Shown here: in pieces, positions 47,174-57,755 of the stretch | Layout: each line of letters begins with the position of its first letter | Position numbering within the stretch: position 1 is the stretch's first letter | IMG/VR virus record: IMGVR_UViG_3300047564_004575 | Coordinates: 8,661-72,660 of that record | DNA length: 64,000 nt | DNA from: a virus | Reading direction: 5' to 3' (one strand) | Translations under genes and position numbers: made by a program | The notes under the pieces: model-generated | Databases searched by the model: none | What the model saw: only the letters and a program-made list of their open reading frames with translations | What the model was told of the DNA's origin: nothing

Positions 47174-48574
47174 ATGTCTGAACTTAAAATATATCAAAAT
47201 CGTCCTTATCCCACCGAACCGATGCTTAATGTATCGGTAGAATGGGTGACACAAATTACGGAGAATCGAAGTGGAAAAGAGAATAGAATCCCTAAAATAA
47301 CCGAGCCACAATATACCATTGAAGGGTCTGATTTTGCTTTAAGAGATGATGATTATGATGTATTTGTTGACGCATTTATTAACGCTGAGGGTAAAAATAA
47401 TGCTTTTCCTTTTAAGTGTCCTTTAGACTATTATTGTGCCAAGGATATAGAAAGCTATGATGATGGCAGTTTTCAGCGAGGTATTCTTTTTCAGATTGAT
47501 AGCCTAAACTATCAAATTGTTAAACAGTATTCAGTCGGTGGCGTTAATACCTATAAAACCATTACATTGCCTGTTGATGGCACAATTCATGTTTACCAAG
47601 ATGACGTTGAAGTATTCCCCACAGTCAATCTTTCTACTGGTGTAGTCGCCTTTGCGAGTATCCCTACAGGTAGCCTAAAAGTGGAATGTGAGTTTAGATT
47701 GCCAATGCGATTTGATGTGGATGATAACCAGTTAAACCAAATTAAAAGAGCCGTCAATTCTATTTATTCTGCCAACGATACCAGCATCTATTTAGCCGTT
47801 AACTTTCGATTAGTTGAAGATATGAATTACATTCGTATCTCCCCTATTTTTTCTCCTTTTAATTCAAAAGACTGGAAAGGGAACGTTAATTATATTTTTG
47901 ATGGTAATCCCTTAAGTGATGTTGCCTATTCGGAGAGATCACTAACCCGTATTCAATCGTCAGATAATAAGCGGGAATTGCGAGATGGCTTAGGGGTTAT
48001 TCGTAGCAAAATGGCGATCGCCAATAATAATATGAACTGGAATGCTACTCAAAAGTATTTTAATTTATTTATGGCTTGCAAAGGTCGTTTGTTGCCGTTT
48101 ACGTTTGAAGATAAATTAGTTCGGTTAGATAGTGATATTTTTAACGTTTCAATGGTTGGTTATAGTAATGTAAAATTACTTCCCTCTACCACACTCACAT
48201 GGACTCTTACTCTACGATACAAAGACAACGCATCTGACCCATTCACAAATTTACTTTTAACCTTTAATGCTTTATCGGTTGAATCTATTTTGTTAGGAGA
48301 ACTGAATAACTTATCTAACGGTATAGGTACTTCTGGCTTTCCCTCAATAAATTACGTCGCACAAACCACAGGGGGAGAAACACTTTATGTTCAAGTTTCA
48401 ATTATAGATGCTAATAATAATATTCGGTATTTAAGTAGTAGCAATTTGATCGAACCCACCGATATAGAGTCAGGCAGCAATCCTAAAAGTGGATGGGTGA
48501 CTGTAGGAAATCCATCTGGCGGGGGTGGTGGTAACTTGCGACTGTTTGAGTTTGTAAGTCTGGTTCAGAATTAA
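47174..48574 (+). CDS. DUF2460-like distal tail protein
   Basis: T.I....SGKENR, G..NAFPFK.P.D, YQIVKQY, ITLPV.GT, EFRLPMRFD. Confidence 0.75.
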   Translation: MSELKIYQNRPYPTEPMLNVSVEWVTQITENRSGKENRIPKITEPQYTIEGSDFALRDDDYDVFVDAFINAEGKNNAFPFKCPLDYYCAKDIESYDDGSFQRGILFQIDSLNYQIVKQYSVGGVNTYKTITLPVDGTIHVYQDDVEVFPTVNLSTGVVAFASIPTGSLKVECEFRLPMRFDVDDNQLNQIKRAVNSIYSANDTSIYLAVNFRLVEDMNYIRISPIFSPFNSKDWKGNVNYIFDGNPLSDVAYSERSLTRIQSSDNKRELRDGLGVIRSKMAIANNNMNWNATQKYFNLFMACKGRLLPFTFEDKLVRLDSDIFNVSMVGYSNVKLLPSTTLTWTLTLRYKDNASDPFTNLLLTFNALSVESILLGELNNLSNGIGTSGFPSINYVAQTTGGETLYVQVSIIDANNNIRYLSSSNLIEPTDIESGSNPKSGWVTVGNPSGGGGGNLRLFEFVSLVQN

Positions 48575-49527
48575 GCAACTGAAGAATAACACCGCATCAA
48601 TAATACTTTTCCTGCAAAGTTTCCTACTGGCAAATACCAAGGACTGCCATTGTCAGGGAATACAGATCCTTGAATTTTAACTGGCTTAAGATAAGTGTAA
48701 GTGCCAACACCTAACAACATATTGGGTACACGTCCTATAACTGGAAAACCTAAAGTAGAGTTATTGTCATAAACCCACATATCAGTTGCCCATTGACTGC
48801 CTGGGGTTTGTCCATCCGAGCATGATATAGTATAAGCTGCCCTACCTGTTTGCAATATTGCTTTTGCTGCCGAGGCTATGTAATGTTGGGACGACAATGT
48901 CAGACTTGCATTGCCTACATAACTCGTTGACAACAAAAATGATCTTGTTATCGGCTCGCTATTGTAATAACTAAAGTTTGTATTGACGTTCAACAGTATT
49001 CCCGCGTAATTAAAATGCCACCAAATATTGCTTGTCCCTTTTTCTGCTTGAAAAAATATAATACCTAACGAGTTGTTAGTGCTAACACACGAAAATTCAC
49101 ACTCATATCTAGTGGCTGTAAAATTATTTACAGGATTATTAACGGTATTTGTAACAATCGCATTTGTTGAGCTGTCTGAATTTGTTCCTATGTACCCGCC
49201 ATTGTTGTAAAGTCTACTGCCAGTTCCGGTGTTACCGGGATTGGCAGCATTAAGCCCAAAATATCTAAAGATATAACGATCGTCAATTGTATCGCCTGTA
49301 TTTGCCCCAAAAGTGAAGGCAAAATTATCAGAGGAATTCCATAAGCTACCGGGAGGATTTCTATACCTAAGTCCAGAGTCAATAAGGTACTGGTTAAATT
49401 CGGAAGACATCGTAGATCTAGTTACACTAGATTTTAGGAAATTGGTAGTTGGGTAATTGATGTCATGATTAGCCCAGATACAATCGCCAAGGTACTTGTT
49501 TCCTGCTTCATCTGTAATTGTTGGCAT
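48571..49527 (-). CDS. Putative tail fibre/receptor-binding associated protein
   Basis: N/T/S/G-rich beta protein downstream of the central tail gene. Confidence 0.5.
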   Translation of the reverse strand: MPTITDEAGNKYLGDCIWANHDINYPTTNFLKSSVTRSTMSSEFNQYLIDSGLRYRNPPGSLWNSSDNFAFTFGANTGDTIDDRYIFRYFGLNAANPGNTGTGSRLYNNGGYIGTNSDSSTNAIVTNTVNNPVNNFTATRYECEFSCVSTNNSLGIIFFQAEKGTSNIWWHFNYAGILLNVNTNFSYYNSEPITRSFLLSTSYVGNASLTLSSQHYIASAAKAILQTGRAAYTISCSDGQTPGSQWATDMWVYDNNSTLGFPVIGRVPNMLLGVGTYTYLKPVKIQGSVFPDNGSPWYLPVGNFAGKVLLMRCYSSVA

Positions 49528-49531
49528 ATAA

Positions 49532-49762
49532 TTAAGGTGGTGTTAAAAAACTGTAATCGGGAGTAGTTTGGGGACAGTAATTAGTAACAGTAAAAGATGG
49601 TGTGATTGTGAAAGTAATAGACTGATTTGGAGTAGCTTGAGGGCAGTAATTAGTAGCAGTAAAAGATGGTGTGATTGTGTAGTTAATTGTATAGTCTGGT
49701 ATTGTTTGCGGACAATAGAATAGACCGGGGGGAATATCGTCATTAATAAAAAATAAAAACAT
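49532..49762 (-). CDS. Small protein with 23-aa tandem repeats
   Basis: YCPQ...TITPSFT.TN repeated; 69-bp DNA period. Confidence 0.55.
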   Translation of the reverse strand: MFLFFINDDIPPGLFYCPQTIPDYTINYTITPSFTATNYCPQATPNQSITFTITPSFTVTNYCPQTTPDYSFLTPP

Positions 49763-52700
49763 TAGGTTAACGGCAAAGTCGCCCCCAGTGTAAATTGTAA
49801 TTTGTTGGGAGTAGACACCGCGCTAATAACCAACGTCACATCTTGCCCCACCGATGCAACACTAGCCCCTGATGCCGTTGGATTTTGAGGGGTTGAATTA
49901 ACATTTAGGTTTGTTAATCCTGTCACGTTTACGCCGTTAATTTGGATGGATAGAGTGCAAGTGCCTGACGTTGTTTTTAACCCCCTTAATTCGTTGATTG
50001 TGGTGGTAGTTGTTGCGGTGAAAAGATAAATTGTGCTAACCGTTGGAGTTGTTGAATTGTAAGATCCAAAAGTTTTAACGGTGGTGGGCTGTGTTGGTAT
50101 GGTGGGGAATGTTTGTAAACTCCCATCCCCCCGCAAATACTGGCTAGTTGTGCCTGTGGGGTTATTAAATTTACTATTTAATGCCGTTTGCAAATCAGTT
50201 TGATCAGCCAACGTCCCCCCAATATCTCCCCAGTCAACCGCTGAAGTGATAATCACAAAATCAGTTAACGATTGCCCTGTGCCGGTGGGGTTGGTAACGG
50301 TGACTTTTCCTGTTGTAGTTCCACTACCAATCGCCCCATTGATAACCCCATCAGAAACGACAGTAAAACTATCGACAGAAATGCCGTTAATTGCTGCGGT
50401 GGTAGCTGACGTAAAACCTGAACCATAAATCGTAATTTCACGACCTATTCCCCCTTGTGTTGGGCTAAACCCCAACACAGTAGGAACGGGATTGCTAAGT
50501 ATAGGAGATAAAACATCAGTAAAAACATAGCCCCGCCCATACTCCGTTGATAATTGGTATAAGTCGATATTAAGAGTTGACTGAGTAACACCAAAATCTA
50601 TTACCTGTTCACTAGCTAAGTACTTAACTGTCGCCTCACTACTAGACAATGTTCTAACAATATCAACGCCATCATAAATATCAATATCAAATGATTGGGG
50701 TGTTAACGATCCCGCCCCGGTATTATTAGCAGTCCAGTTAATGGTTATATTGCCCGCGCTATCTTTGGTTGACGTTACATTGCTAACGGTATAGGGCTTA
50801 AAGTAAATGCCCTCTACAACATGAGAAACTACTGTAGTCACCGACGCTAAATCAAGATTAGATGGCACTACTTTTAAATCAATAGTCTGTCCTACCGTAT
50901 CGGCATTGATGGGCAATAACAATAATTCTCCAATCCCACCGTTAGCTAAATAAACTGATTCGCCATCGCTATGACTAACGGGAATTGTACCATTAACGCC
51001 CCTTTGTAAATAACTTAATTCGTAAGTATTGCCACTGACTAAATTGACATCTCTGGCGACTATTTGTTCCGAACCAATCAACAGGATAATTTCTTTATTG
51101 TCAAACTCATTCTGGGTTAATTGGTCTAGTGTCCCCTTGCTCAATACCACAGTGGCAGTATTAGTTATATCTAGTCCCGTAGCTAACGGTAAAGTACCCG
51201 ATAAACTACCCTGAGTAGTGGGATTGATAACGGACACTACAGGCTCATAATTCCCGCCATTAATACGAGCATAAATTACATTCTGTCCGAACCTATCGCC
51301 ATCGCCACTAATAGCCGCATAAATGCAAGAAACATCGCCTACACTAATCCGATTAGTCTCTACAACTTCAATGGTGACATTGCCATAATTAGGCTGTTCT
51401 GATTCGGGGTTATAGGTGTTGACGGTATAGTCAGGCTCTGCCAAGTAAATAATAGTTAAATCATCGCCTGTAGTGATGCTAGAACCACCGATAATCGTTA
51501 TCTGTCCTGTTGATAGGTTAACGGTATAATCAACGCCTTGCACGTAGGTTGTAGCCCCGTCTGCACTTGTTACCGTGGGGGGGTTGATGATGTTAGGGGT
51601 TAACTGAATAACCCCGCCATTGTAGGCAACATTGGTCTGGCTGCTTACCCCTAATTGAGCAGTAAATACTTGTCCGTTAAACTCATAAACCTCAACCTCA
51701 GCGACTAGATTGCTGCCTACAACAATCGACGCGATTTGAAAGGGTATCGCACTTGTTCCCTCACTAAGAGGAAAACTATATCTAAAAGCTTCTGTTAATG
51801 TGACCGCATCTTCTGGCAATAAATTAATCGTGAATCGTCTAGCCTGTGCCCATGCAAATTCTAAATATTTCCACACCCACCATTTAGCTTCATCTGGCAT
51901 TAAAAACAATGCTGAGCTAATACTCTTAGGATTGTAATGTTTTGCTAACGGATAAATTTTAGTCTCGTTATCACTGTTGAAATCATCACTCAGGTTAGTA
52001 AATGACAATGTAACTGACGATGGTAGTTCAGACTCATCAGGCATGATTTCAGAGTAAGGATCGCCCGGTTCACTCCCATATTCAACAGCTCCTAAATCGC
52101 CCCAACTGCCAGCGGTGACAGTTTGCACTTCACCTGGCCCATTGAAAACAATTGCCCCGTCATCGTCTAAATAAGTCAGCAAGAAATGACGTTGAACTAA
52201 CTCATTGATAAAGTCTGCTGCTGTTCCCCCATCCTGTTTAAAGATGGCATTTATCCGAGGGTACTGGTCTACGATATTGTCACATTTAATATCAACCCCA
52301 CGGACTAATCCAACAGTTTCAGCGACTTCATAAATGACCTGATCAATCCGGTTACAGATGCCACTTTCCCGCTTAACAATAACGTCAATATTTGATGGTA
52401 ATTCCCCGCCAAATTCGTCTAAGGGAAGGTCGGTTACAACGGCATAAACGAGATGTCTAAAGTTGCGATCGCCGTTTTGATTGCCTTCGTAATTTTGAAT
52501 AGTCGGGTCTATATTTTGGTTACTTGCTCCGGTATAGATTTTGATGTAATTCTCTAATTTGTAATCATTATCAGCGATGGTTCCATCTAACTGACCATCA
52601 CGATTAAACCAAATCTTATCGTTAAACTTAATCTGTCTAACATCTATTTCCGCCGCCCCATCACAGATAGCAAAGGCAAAAGTCCCAAAATATTTATAGG

Positions 52701-53016
52701 TTGTTGTTTGATTGGTGGTTGTTGAACTTTTAGCCCCAATCCCAAATATCCCGCCTGTTCTAGTCGTTTGTGTATCTACACTAATCGTTACCTCTTCTCT
52801 ACGTTGGGGAGCCCAAAAGATGGGACAACCTTGTATTTGTACCCTGCCATAAACTTTAGAGAGAGTCCACCCCGCCCCCGTTTTACGTGTCGATACGTTT
52901 TCAAGTTTACCGACTACCTGTTCATTAAAAGTATTCTTTGTTGGGGTTAACGCCCCCGACAAAGCCGATGTGCCAATACTTACCGCCGCCCCAATTGCCG
53001 CTGTTGCCATAAACAA
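49762..53016 (-). CDS. Central tail/host-specificity protein (GTA gp15-like) with IPT/TIG domain
   Basis: VYGRV, FAFAICDG, FRHLVYAV..DLPLDEFG..LP, LQRGVNGT; FSPTQGGIG..ITIYGSGF. Confidence 0.8.
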   Translation of the reverse strand: MFMATAAIGAAVSIGTSALSGALTPTKNTFNEQVVGKLENVSTRKTGAGWTLSKVYGRVQIQGCPIFWAPQRREEVTISVDTQTTRTGGIFGIGAKSSTTTNQTTTYKYFGTFAFAICDGAAEIDVRQIKFNDKIWFNRDGQLDGTIADNDYKLENYIKIYTGASNQNIDPTIQNYEGNQNGDRNFRHLVYAVVTDLPLDEFGGELPSNIDVIVKRESGICNRIDQVIYEVAETVGLVRGVDIKCDNIVDQYPRINAIFKQDGGTAADFINELVQRHFLLTYLDDDGAIVFNGPGEVQTVTAGSWGDLGAVEYGSEPGDPYSEIMPDESELPSSVTLSFTNLSDDFNSDNETKIYPLAKHYNPKSISSALFLMPDEAKWWVWKYLEFAWAQARRFTINLLPEDAVTLTEAFRYSFPLSEGTSAIPFQIASIVVGSNLVAEVEVYEFNGQVFTAQLGVSSQTNVAYNGGVIQLTPNIINPPTVTSADGATTYVQGVDYTVNLSTGQITIIGGSSITTGDDLTIIYLAEPDYTVNTYNPESEQPNYGNVTIEVVETNRISVGDVSCIYAAISGDGDRFGQNVIYARINGGNYEPVVSVINPTTQGSLSGTLPLATGLDITNTATVVLSKGTLDQLTQNEFDNKEIILLIGSEQIVARDVNLVSGNTYELSYLQRGVNGTIPVSHSDGESVYLANGGIGELLLLPINADTVGQTIDLKVVPSNLDLASVTTVVSHVVEGIYFKPYTVSNVTSTKDSAGNITINWTANNTGAGSLTPQSFDIDIYDGVDIVRTLSSSEATVKYLASEQVIDFGVTQSTLNIDLYQLSTEYGRGYVFTDVLSPILSNPVPTVLGFSPTQGGIGREITIYGSGFTSATTAAINGISVDSFTVVSDGVINGAIGSGTTTGKVTVTNPTGTGQSLTDFVIITSAVDWGDIGGTLADQTDLQTALNSKFNNPTGTTSQYLRGDGSLQTFPTIPTQPTTVKTFGSYNSTTPTVSTIYLFTATTTTTINELRGLKTTSGTCTLSIQINGVNVTGLTNLNVNSTPQNPTASGASVASVGQDVTLVISAVSTPNKLQFTLGATLPLT

Positions 53017-53042
53017 AAACCCTCTTAAAATATATTTTAAAT

Positions 53043-53693
53043 TTGGTGATATTTATGATTGATTTTCAACTAAAAGACTGCATTGAAGGAATGTCTGAAT
53101 ATCCAGAAAATTACTTTAATTTAGCGATAGTTGATCCGCCATACGGACTAGATAAAAAGCTAAAAGGGGGCAATACTGGATTTAGCGGGACTAGCTTAAA
53201 TAATCTAGTAGAAAAGAAATGGGATGTCTTGCCAGATAAAAAATTCTTCGATGAACTTTTCAGGGTAAGCAAAAATCAAATTATATGGGGAGCCAATTAT
53301 TTTATTGAATATCTTAGGAATACTCAGTGTGTTATTTATTGGGATAAAATGAATGGAACTAATTCATTGTCTGATTTTGAATTAGCATGGACTTCTTTTA
53401 ATAGAGGCTCTAAAAGATTTTGTATGCACCATTTCTCTAAGGGATATGATAAAAAAATTCATCCCACTCAAAAGCCAGTCAATCTTTATAAATGGCTATT
53501 GTCTAATTTTGCAAAAAAAGGCGATTTAATATTAGATACTCACGTTGGAAGTGCTAGTAGTTTAATAGCCTGTAAAGACATGGGATTTGATTGTGTTGGT
53601 TTTGAAATAGACGAAGAATATTTTAGTATCGCAAATCAAAGACTAAAAGATTTTGAATCACAATTAAACTTATTTGATTTAATGGACAAGTAA
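53043..53693 (+). CDS. DNA amino-methyltransferase (N6A/N4C, beta class)
   Basis: DPPY, HPTQKPV, ILDTHVGSASS, GFEID; start likely MIDFQ. Confidence 0.92.
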   Translation: MVIFMIDFQLKDCIEGMSEYPENYFNLAIVDPPYGLDKKLKGGNTGFSGTSLNNLVEKKWDVLPDKKFFDELFRVSKNQIIWGANYFIEYLRNTQCVIYWDKMNGTNSLSDFELAWTSFNRGSKRFCMHHFSKGYDKKIHPTQKPVNLYKWLLSNFAKKGDLILDTHVGSASSLIACKDMGFDCVGFEIDEEYFSIANQRLKDFESQLNLFDLMDK

Positions 53694-53727
53694 TTCCCGC
53701 CAATTGCAGACGGGATGATTGTTTTGA

Positions 53728-54033
53728 TTAATCTTGGTAAGCACCCAGGATAAGCTGATCTACTGCTGATTTAATAGCCGATGATTCGTCTTCTATTGCT
53801 TGCCAAATGCCTTTTTTCTTTAGCTTGTCAATATGCTTTTTAATTTTAGAAAAAAGTAGTTGACTGGTTTTGCGGCTGTCGGCATACAAAGGAATTTGTA
53901 TGGTTAAGATTACGCTACCTAAGTCAATTTTGAAATCGTAATCGTCTATTGACGTGGACAATGAAAAGTCAAAAACTGTATTCATGGTTGATTGTGTTAC
54001 CCGCCCAATATAGAGCGGGTGATAGGTTTGCAA
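53728..54033 (-). CDS. Hypothetical protein
   Basis: Last ORF of the early operon. Confidence 0.5.
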   Translation of the reverse strand: MQTYHPLYIGRVTQSTMNTVFDFSLSTSIDDYDFKIDLGSVILTIQIPLYADSRKTSQLLFSKIKKHIDKLKKKGIWQAIEDESSAIKSAVDQLILGAYQD

Positions 54034-54046
54034 ATGTTTGATTTAA

Positions 54047-54370
54047 CTAGCTAATACTTTTAAAATCAAATAAGTAATTGCCGTTAGGGTCTGTCAGCTT
54101 AGTAAATTCAACACCGCAATAAGCCTCTAGAACTTTGACAGGATTAAATGACGCATAGAACCAGTTACCAGCACCATCTTTGTGCATTTCAGAGCCTTTC
54201 AGTAAGATTCCTTTTTCAACCATTGAGGCAATTGTTTTATCGGAAATCTTAAAGTCAATGTCACCGTCTTGATCCATCTCTAATTCATCGCCAGTGTTCC
54301 ATTCAGACTTCCATTCTTGAATGATCCAATCAATCACGTTTTGTTCTGCCTTTGTCAGTTTAAGTTTCAT
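54047..54370 (-). CDS. Hypothetical protein
   Basis: GAGG RBS; 107 aa. Confidence 0.65.
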   Translation of the reverse strand: MKLKLTKAEQNVIDWIIQEWKSEWNTGDELEMDQDGDIDFKISDKTIASMVEKGILLKGSEMHKDGAGNWFYASFNPVKVLEAYCGVEFTKLTDPNGNYLFDFKSIS

Positions 54371-54405
54371 AATTCCCTCAATAGTGATAATGATTTACAA
54401 GCAAC

Positions 54406-54942
54406 CTATGCGATGTAATAACTGTAGCTATCATAAACGCCATCACCACTCCAAAGTAAAGCCTGAATCATTTGGGATTTATTCATTGTTCCTTTTCTAT
54501 AACCTGTTTTGTAGAACGGTAGGTTACTTTCTTTAAATACCAGTTTCCGCCATTTGTTGTTTTGCATAAGTCCATCGATATTTCCTCTTACAAATTGCCA
54601 TTTTTTACAAACTTGCCAATATTTTTCATCGCTTTCCCATTTTGCATTTTCTATTTCTCGATTCATCATCTCCAATATTTCTGTCTTATTTAAAGGTACT
54701 TGGGAAACTTGCTGTTTGACCAGCGAAATATTTTCATATTTACAAAGTTGTGCTAAGCGTGAACGCTTCATCCGAGACAAGTTGAACTCAAGAATAGTGT
54801 ATTGAGTTTGGTAGATAGCAGTAACCAAGTCACCGTGGAATATAACATCGACGACGATATATCCCTTGGCGACGTTGTGAGCTTCTTTATTCCATTGCTC
54901 TTTAGTGACGGTAACTGCTTTAAAGTTGGCGTGAAATTTCAT
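54406..54942 (-). CDS. Hypothetical protein (early gene)
   Basis: Follows the conserved promoter and GAGG RBS. Confidence 0.7.
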   Translation of the reverse strand: MKFHANFKAVTVTKEQWNKEAHNVAKGYIVVDVIFHGDLVTAIYQTQYTILEFNLSRMKRSRLAQLCKYENISLVKQQVSQVPLNKTEILEMMNREIENAKWESDEKYWQVCKKWQFVRGNIDGLMQNNKWRKLVFKESNLPFYKTGYRKGTMNKSQMIQALLWSGDGVYDSYSYYIA

Positions 54943-54949
54943 GACTGTT

Positions 54950-55008
54950 ACCTCTGCTTGTTTGCTTAACTGATATACAGTTTAGCACGCTATTTAGTGA
55001 CCTGTCAA
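54950..55008 (-). promoter_or_regulatory. Conserved early promoter and leader, copy 3
   Basis: TTGACA-GGTCACTAAATAGCGTGC-TAAACT..AGTTAAGCAAACAAGCAGAGG. Confidence 0.75.
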
Positions 55009-55015
55009 CATAAAA

Positions 55016-55126
55016 AGTGAACTATTCCCGAAACCCTTACTGTATATAGCTTTAAGCCACTGTTGCATATATCTAAGGATATCCAGGGTACTACAACATT
55101 CGGGAAATGCTCAATAAAAAAGCCCC
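55016..55126 (+). repeat. Dispersed repeat copy F
   Basis: Near-identical to 21733-21842. Confidence 0.9.
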
Positions 55127-55176
55127 CGTAGGGGCGTAGCGTGAATAGCAAGACAAAACAATGGCGTAAGAATATC

Positions 55177-55953
55177 TTAAGCAGGGATGGGTAGACCAGC
55201 GAGTTTACAGCTAGCGGCGATCGCCAATTTGACACTGGCAGATTCTGCACTGTAGATAGTGGTTTTGAGATAGGGGGCTTGAAATTCGAGCGTTACAGAC
55301 GGACGACGGATTTCATTGATAGGATTAGCATCGGCAGTTACGTCAATTAATGCAACACCAAAACTATACTCATACTCGCCACCACCACCAGGGACGGCGA
55401 TCGCTGCGTTAACCGTACCGTTGTAACCTGCTTTATTTTGAGCCGCCGGTAAGGCGTGGTAATAATAGCCGCGGTCTTCAGGAGCAACGATAAGGGGAAT
55501 GGCGGGAGCAAACTTACGGGATACCCGTTCCATCGCGCCCTGCTCACCATAAGCGTGGGTTTTAGCGTCTACTTTACCGACTTCCTCATTATTGGGAACG
55601 TCAGTAGTGGGTAGGGTAATCAATCCGTAGGTGGTAGCCGTAGCAGCATCAGCAACAGCATCAGCGGCGGGTTGGATAGCTAAACTGGTAGCGGTGGTAG
55701 CAATCAATTTAGATTCAGCGGCAACAATAAAGTCAGAATCAAAATAAAGATAAGTCCCTTTTTCAATCCAACATGCGACATTGGCAGTCAAAGAAGCAGT
55801 TACCGCATTAGCCGTTACAGCAGCTTCAGTGGTAATTGTATATTCAGTGGGAGTAGCCGCGGTTAAAGCGTGAATTTTAACCAAAGTGCCAACGGTAGAG
55901 ACGCCTAATCGCGTATCGCCACCTTGGGCAGTTAAAGAATAATCAACAGGCAT
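55177..55953 (-). CDS. Putative major tail tube protein
   Basis: A/T-rich 258 aa after neck/terminator genes; AGGAG RBS; terminator downstream. Confidence 0.6.
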   Translation of the reverse strand: MPVDYSLTAQGGDTRLGVSTVGTLVKIHALTAATPTEYTITTEAAVTANAVTASLTANVACWIEKGTYLYFDSDFIVAAESKLIATTATSLAIQPAADAVADAATATTYGLITLPTTDVPNNEEVGKVDAKTHAYGEQGAMERVSRKFAPAIPLIVAPEDRGYYYHALPAAQNKAGYNGTVNAAIAVPGGGGEYEYSFGVALIDVTADANPINEIRRPSVTLEFQAPYLKTTIYSAESASVKLAIAASCKLAGLPIPA

Positions 55954-55984
55954 AATTTTCTCCTATAGCTATAGTTATAAGCCT

Positions 55985-56431
55985 TTACGAATAATTATAA
56001 GAATCTAACTTTCTTCTTAATTCATGTATTTTAAAATTTAAATTCCACTGGGGGAAATTGCCGATATTAGGACTAGCTTGGATGAACAAATAATTCAATG
56101 CCATGAACTCTCCCGACCTTTCTAACAACATCACAGCGTTATGTCCATTACTGCCTGACCTTTGAATTAATGACAATCTATAAAGCTTTTCACTATAAAT
56201 ATCATTGGTAGACAATGCCATTATATTTTTAGCTTGGGGATAATTTAAAACACATTCTAATCCCTCCACAGATTCCACTTGGGGCGTAATGCCAAAATTA
56301 AAGGCAGTATTACTAAACCCGCCTTTGTAGTTATATTTGCCAACTAACCCATAACTATTCACGCTACCGTTAGAGTTCCGTCTAACGCCTAAGATTGTTT
56401 CAATTAAAGTCTTTAAATCGATGGGATTCAT
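55985..56431 (-). CDS. Putative tail terminator
   Basis: Size and position before the tail tube gene. Confidence 0.45.
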   Translation of the reverse strand: MNPIDLKTLIETILGVRRNSNGSVNSYGLVGKYNYKGGFSNTAFNFGITPQVESVEGLECVLNYPQAKNIMALSTNDIYSEKLYRLSLIQRSGSNGHNAVMLLERSGEFMALNYLFIQASPNIGNFPQWNLNFKIHELRRKLDSYNYS

Positions 56432-56432
56432 G

Positions 56433-57359
56433 TTATTGTCTCAACTTTTCTTTGGTAGGGAAAAAGTGCGCGCCGTCACTAATACCGCCAAAATTAGCTT
56501 CATTATTATAACGGTACTTACACATAATCATAGACCCATCACAACCGGGGATTAATTGAAGTGTATCCCCTACATTTACGGCATAAGGGGGAGTGTTTAA
56601 AAGTTGAACACCAACCGCACCACCGCCGGGATTGTAAACGAAATTAATGGGTAATCTATATCCTGCATTATTGCCAGTCAAATACTGAACATAACCGCTA
56701 CCATTGCCCCAATTGTAAACACTAACGTTATCACCAAAGCCTGGAAAGTTAGTGGCATCAATGGTAAATCTAATGGCATTTTCAACACCTATTACCTCAC
56801 CATCAGTAGTCGCATCGGCAATATCAAAACCACAGCGAGGGTCTTCTAATCGTTTAGCCCATCGGCAAGTCCTAGATAGTGATTGAAACACAGACTGTTG
56901 CAAAATATCAGCGTTCGTCCTGACTGTAATCTCCCAAGTCTGATCGGTCTTTTTGACCTGTCCCCACTTCCCCACAGTCAATGTTTTAATCGCCGCGCCT
57001 GTAATAAAATCAACGATAAATACTTTTACTTTGGCTCCGCTATACTTTCCCGCCCGTAAATCTAAATCACTCAATCTTTCATTATCAATCAAACCCTTGA
57101 TGTCTAGATTATTAGACTCGATCGCCGCTGATTTTTTGACGCTAGACGGACTAACTGAGGCTTGGGGATAACAAACTACGCCGCTAGTAATTTGACGGTC
57201 TAAAGCGGTAAATCCTACCGTTTCTAGGTCAGTTTCAACCGTCACGCATTGAGTCCATGTTTTAACTTCATCACTGGCATTATTAAGCACTTGAATCATG
57301 CTTAAACCACTAACTTCAAACACAGGACGGCTAACAATGGTCATACCATAAACCCGCAA
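56433..57359 (-). CDS. DUF2163-like baseplate hub protein
   Basis: GFTALDR, DLRAGKY.GA.V, CRW..L.D.RCG, PGCD....C..RYNN.ANFGG. Confidence 0.85.
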   Translation of the reverse strand: MRVYGMTIVSRPVFEVSGLSMIQVLNNASDEVKTWTQCVTVETDLETVGFTALDRQITSGVVCYPQASVSPSSVKKSAAIESNNLDIKGLIDNERLSDLDLRAGKYSGAKVKVFIVDFITGAAIKTLTVGKWGQVKKTDQTWEITVRTNADILQQSVFQSLSRTCRWAKRLEDPRCGFDIADATTDGEVIGVENAIRFTIDATNFPGFGDNVSVYNWGNGSGYVQYLTGNNAGYRLPINFVYNPGGGAVGVQLLNTPPYAVNVGDTLQLIPGCDGSMIMCKYRYNNEANFGGISDGAHFFPTKEKLRQ

Positions 57360-57697
57360 CTATAGTTAACAGTTAATAGGCGTTTTAGTCTCACGCCATA
57401 AATATTAGACTGAAAATCTTCAGGGGAAATAGAGCTAACGCCATATTCAATTACATCATTCAATGATTCAATCTTTTTAACATTGCCTGACATAAATTGA
57501 TTTAAAGGCTTAGCACGCTCAATTTCATAGGCTATTCGTAAAGCTAGACATTGCTCACTGGTAATAGCGTCAGTAATGCCGCTGTAATTGCAAGTTTCAA
57601 TGCCAATCTGTTCAATTAATAACTCTAGGGCTTCCTCAGTGATTCTGCCCGTAAACTCTGGGAACTTTTCTAAAAAACTATCAACGGTTAGTGACAT
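57341..57697 (-). CDS. Head-tail adaptor (DUF4054-like)
   Basis: F...FPEF N-terminus; SN.YG..L.RL C-terminus. Confidence 0.7.
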   Translation of the reverse strand: MSLTVDSFLEKFPEFTGRITEEALELLIEQIGIETCNYSGITDAITSEQCLALRIAYEIERAKPLNQFMSGNVKKIESLNDVIEYGVSSISPEDFQSNIYGVRLKRLLTVNYSCGFMV

Positions 57698-57755
57698 GGC
57701 TTTATTTTAATCAACAAATGCTATATTAAAACCCCCAATTAAGGGGGTCAAAACA

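Noticed and set aside
47174-53016. Diversity-generating retroelement or invertase shufflon at the tail genes
   Set aside because: No reverse transcriptase, no template/variable repeat pair with adenine-specific mismatches, and no invertase next to these genes.
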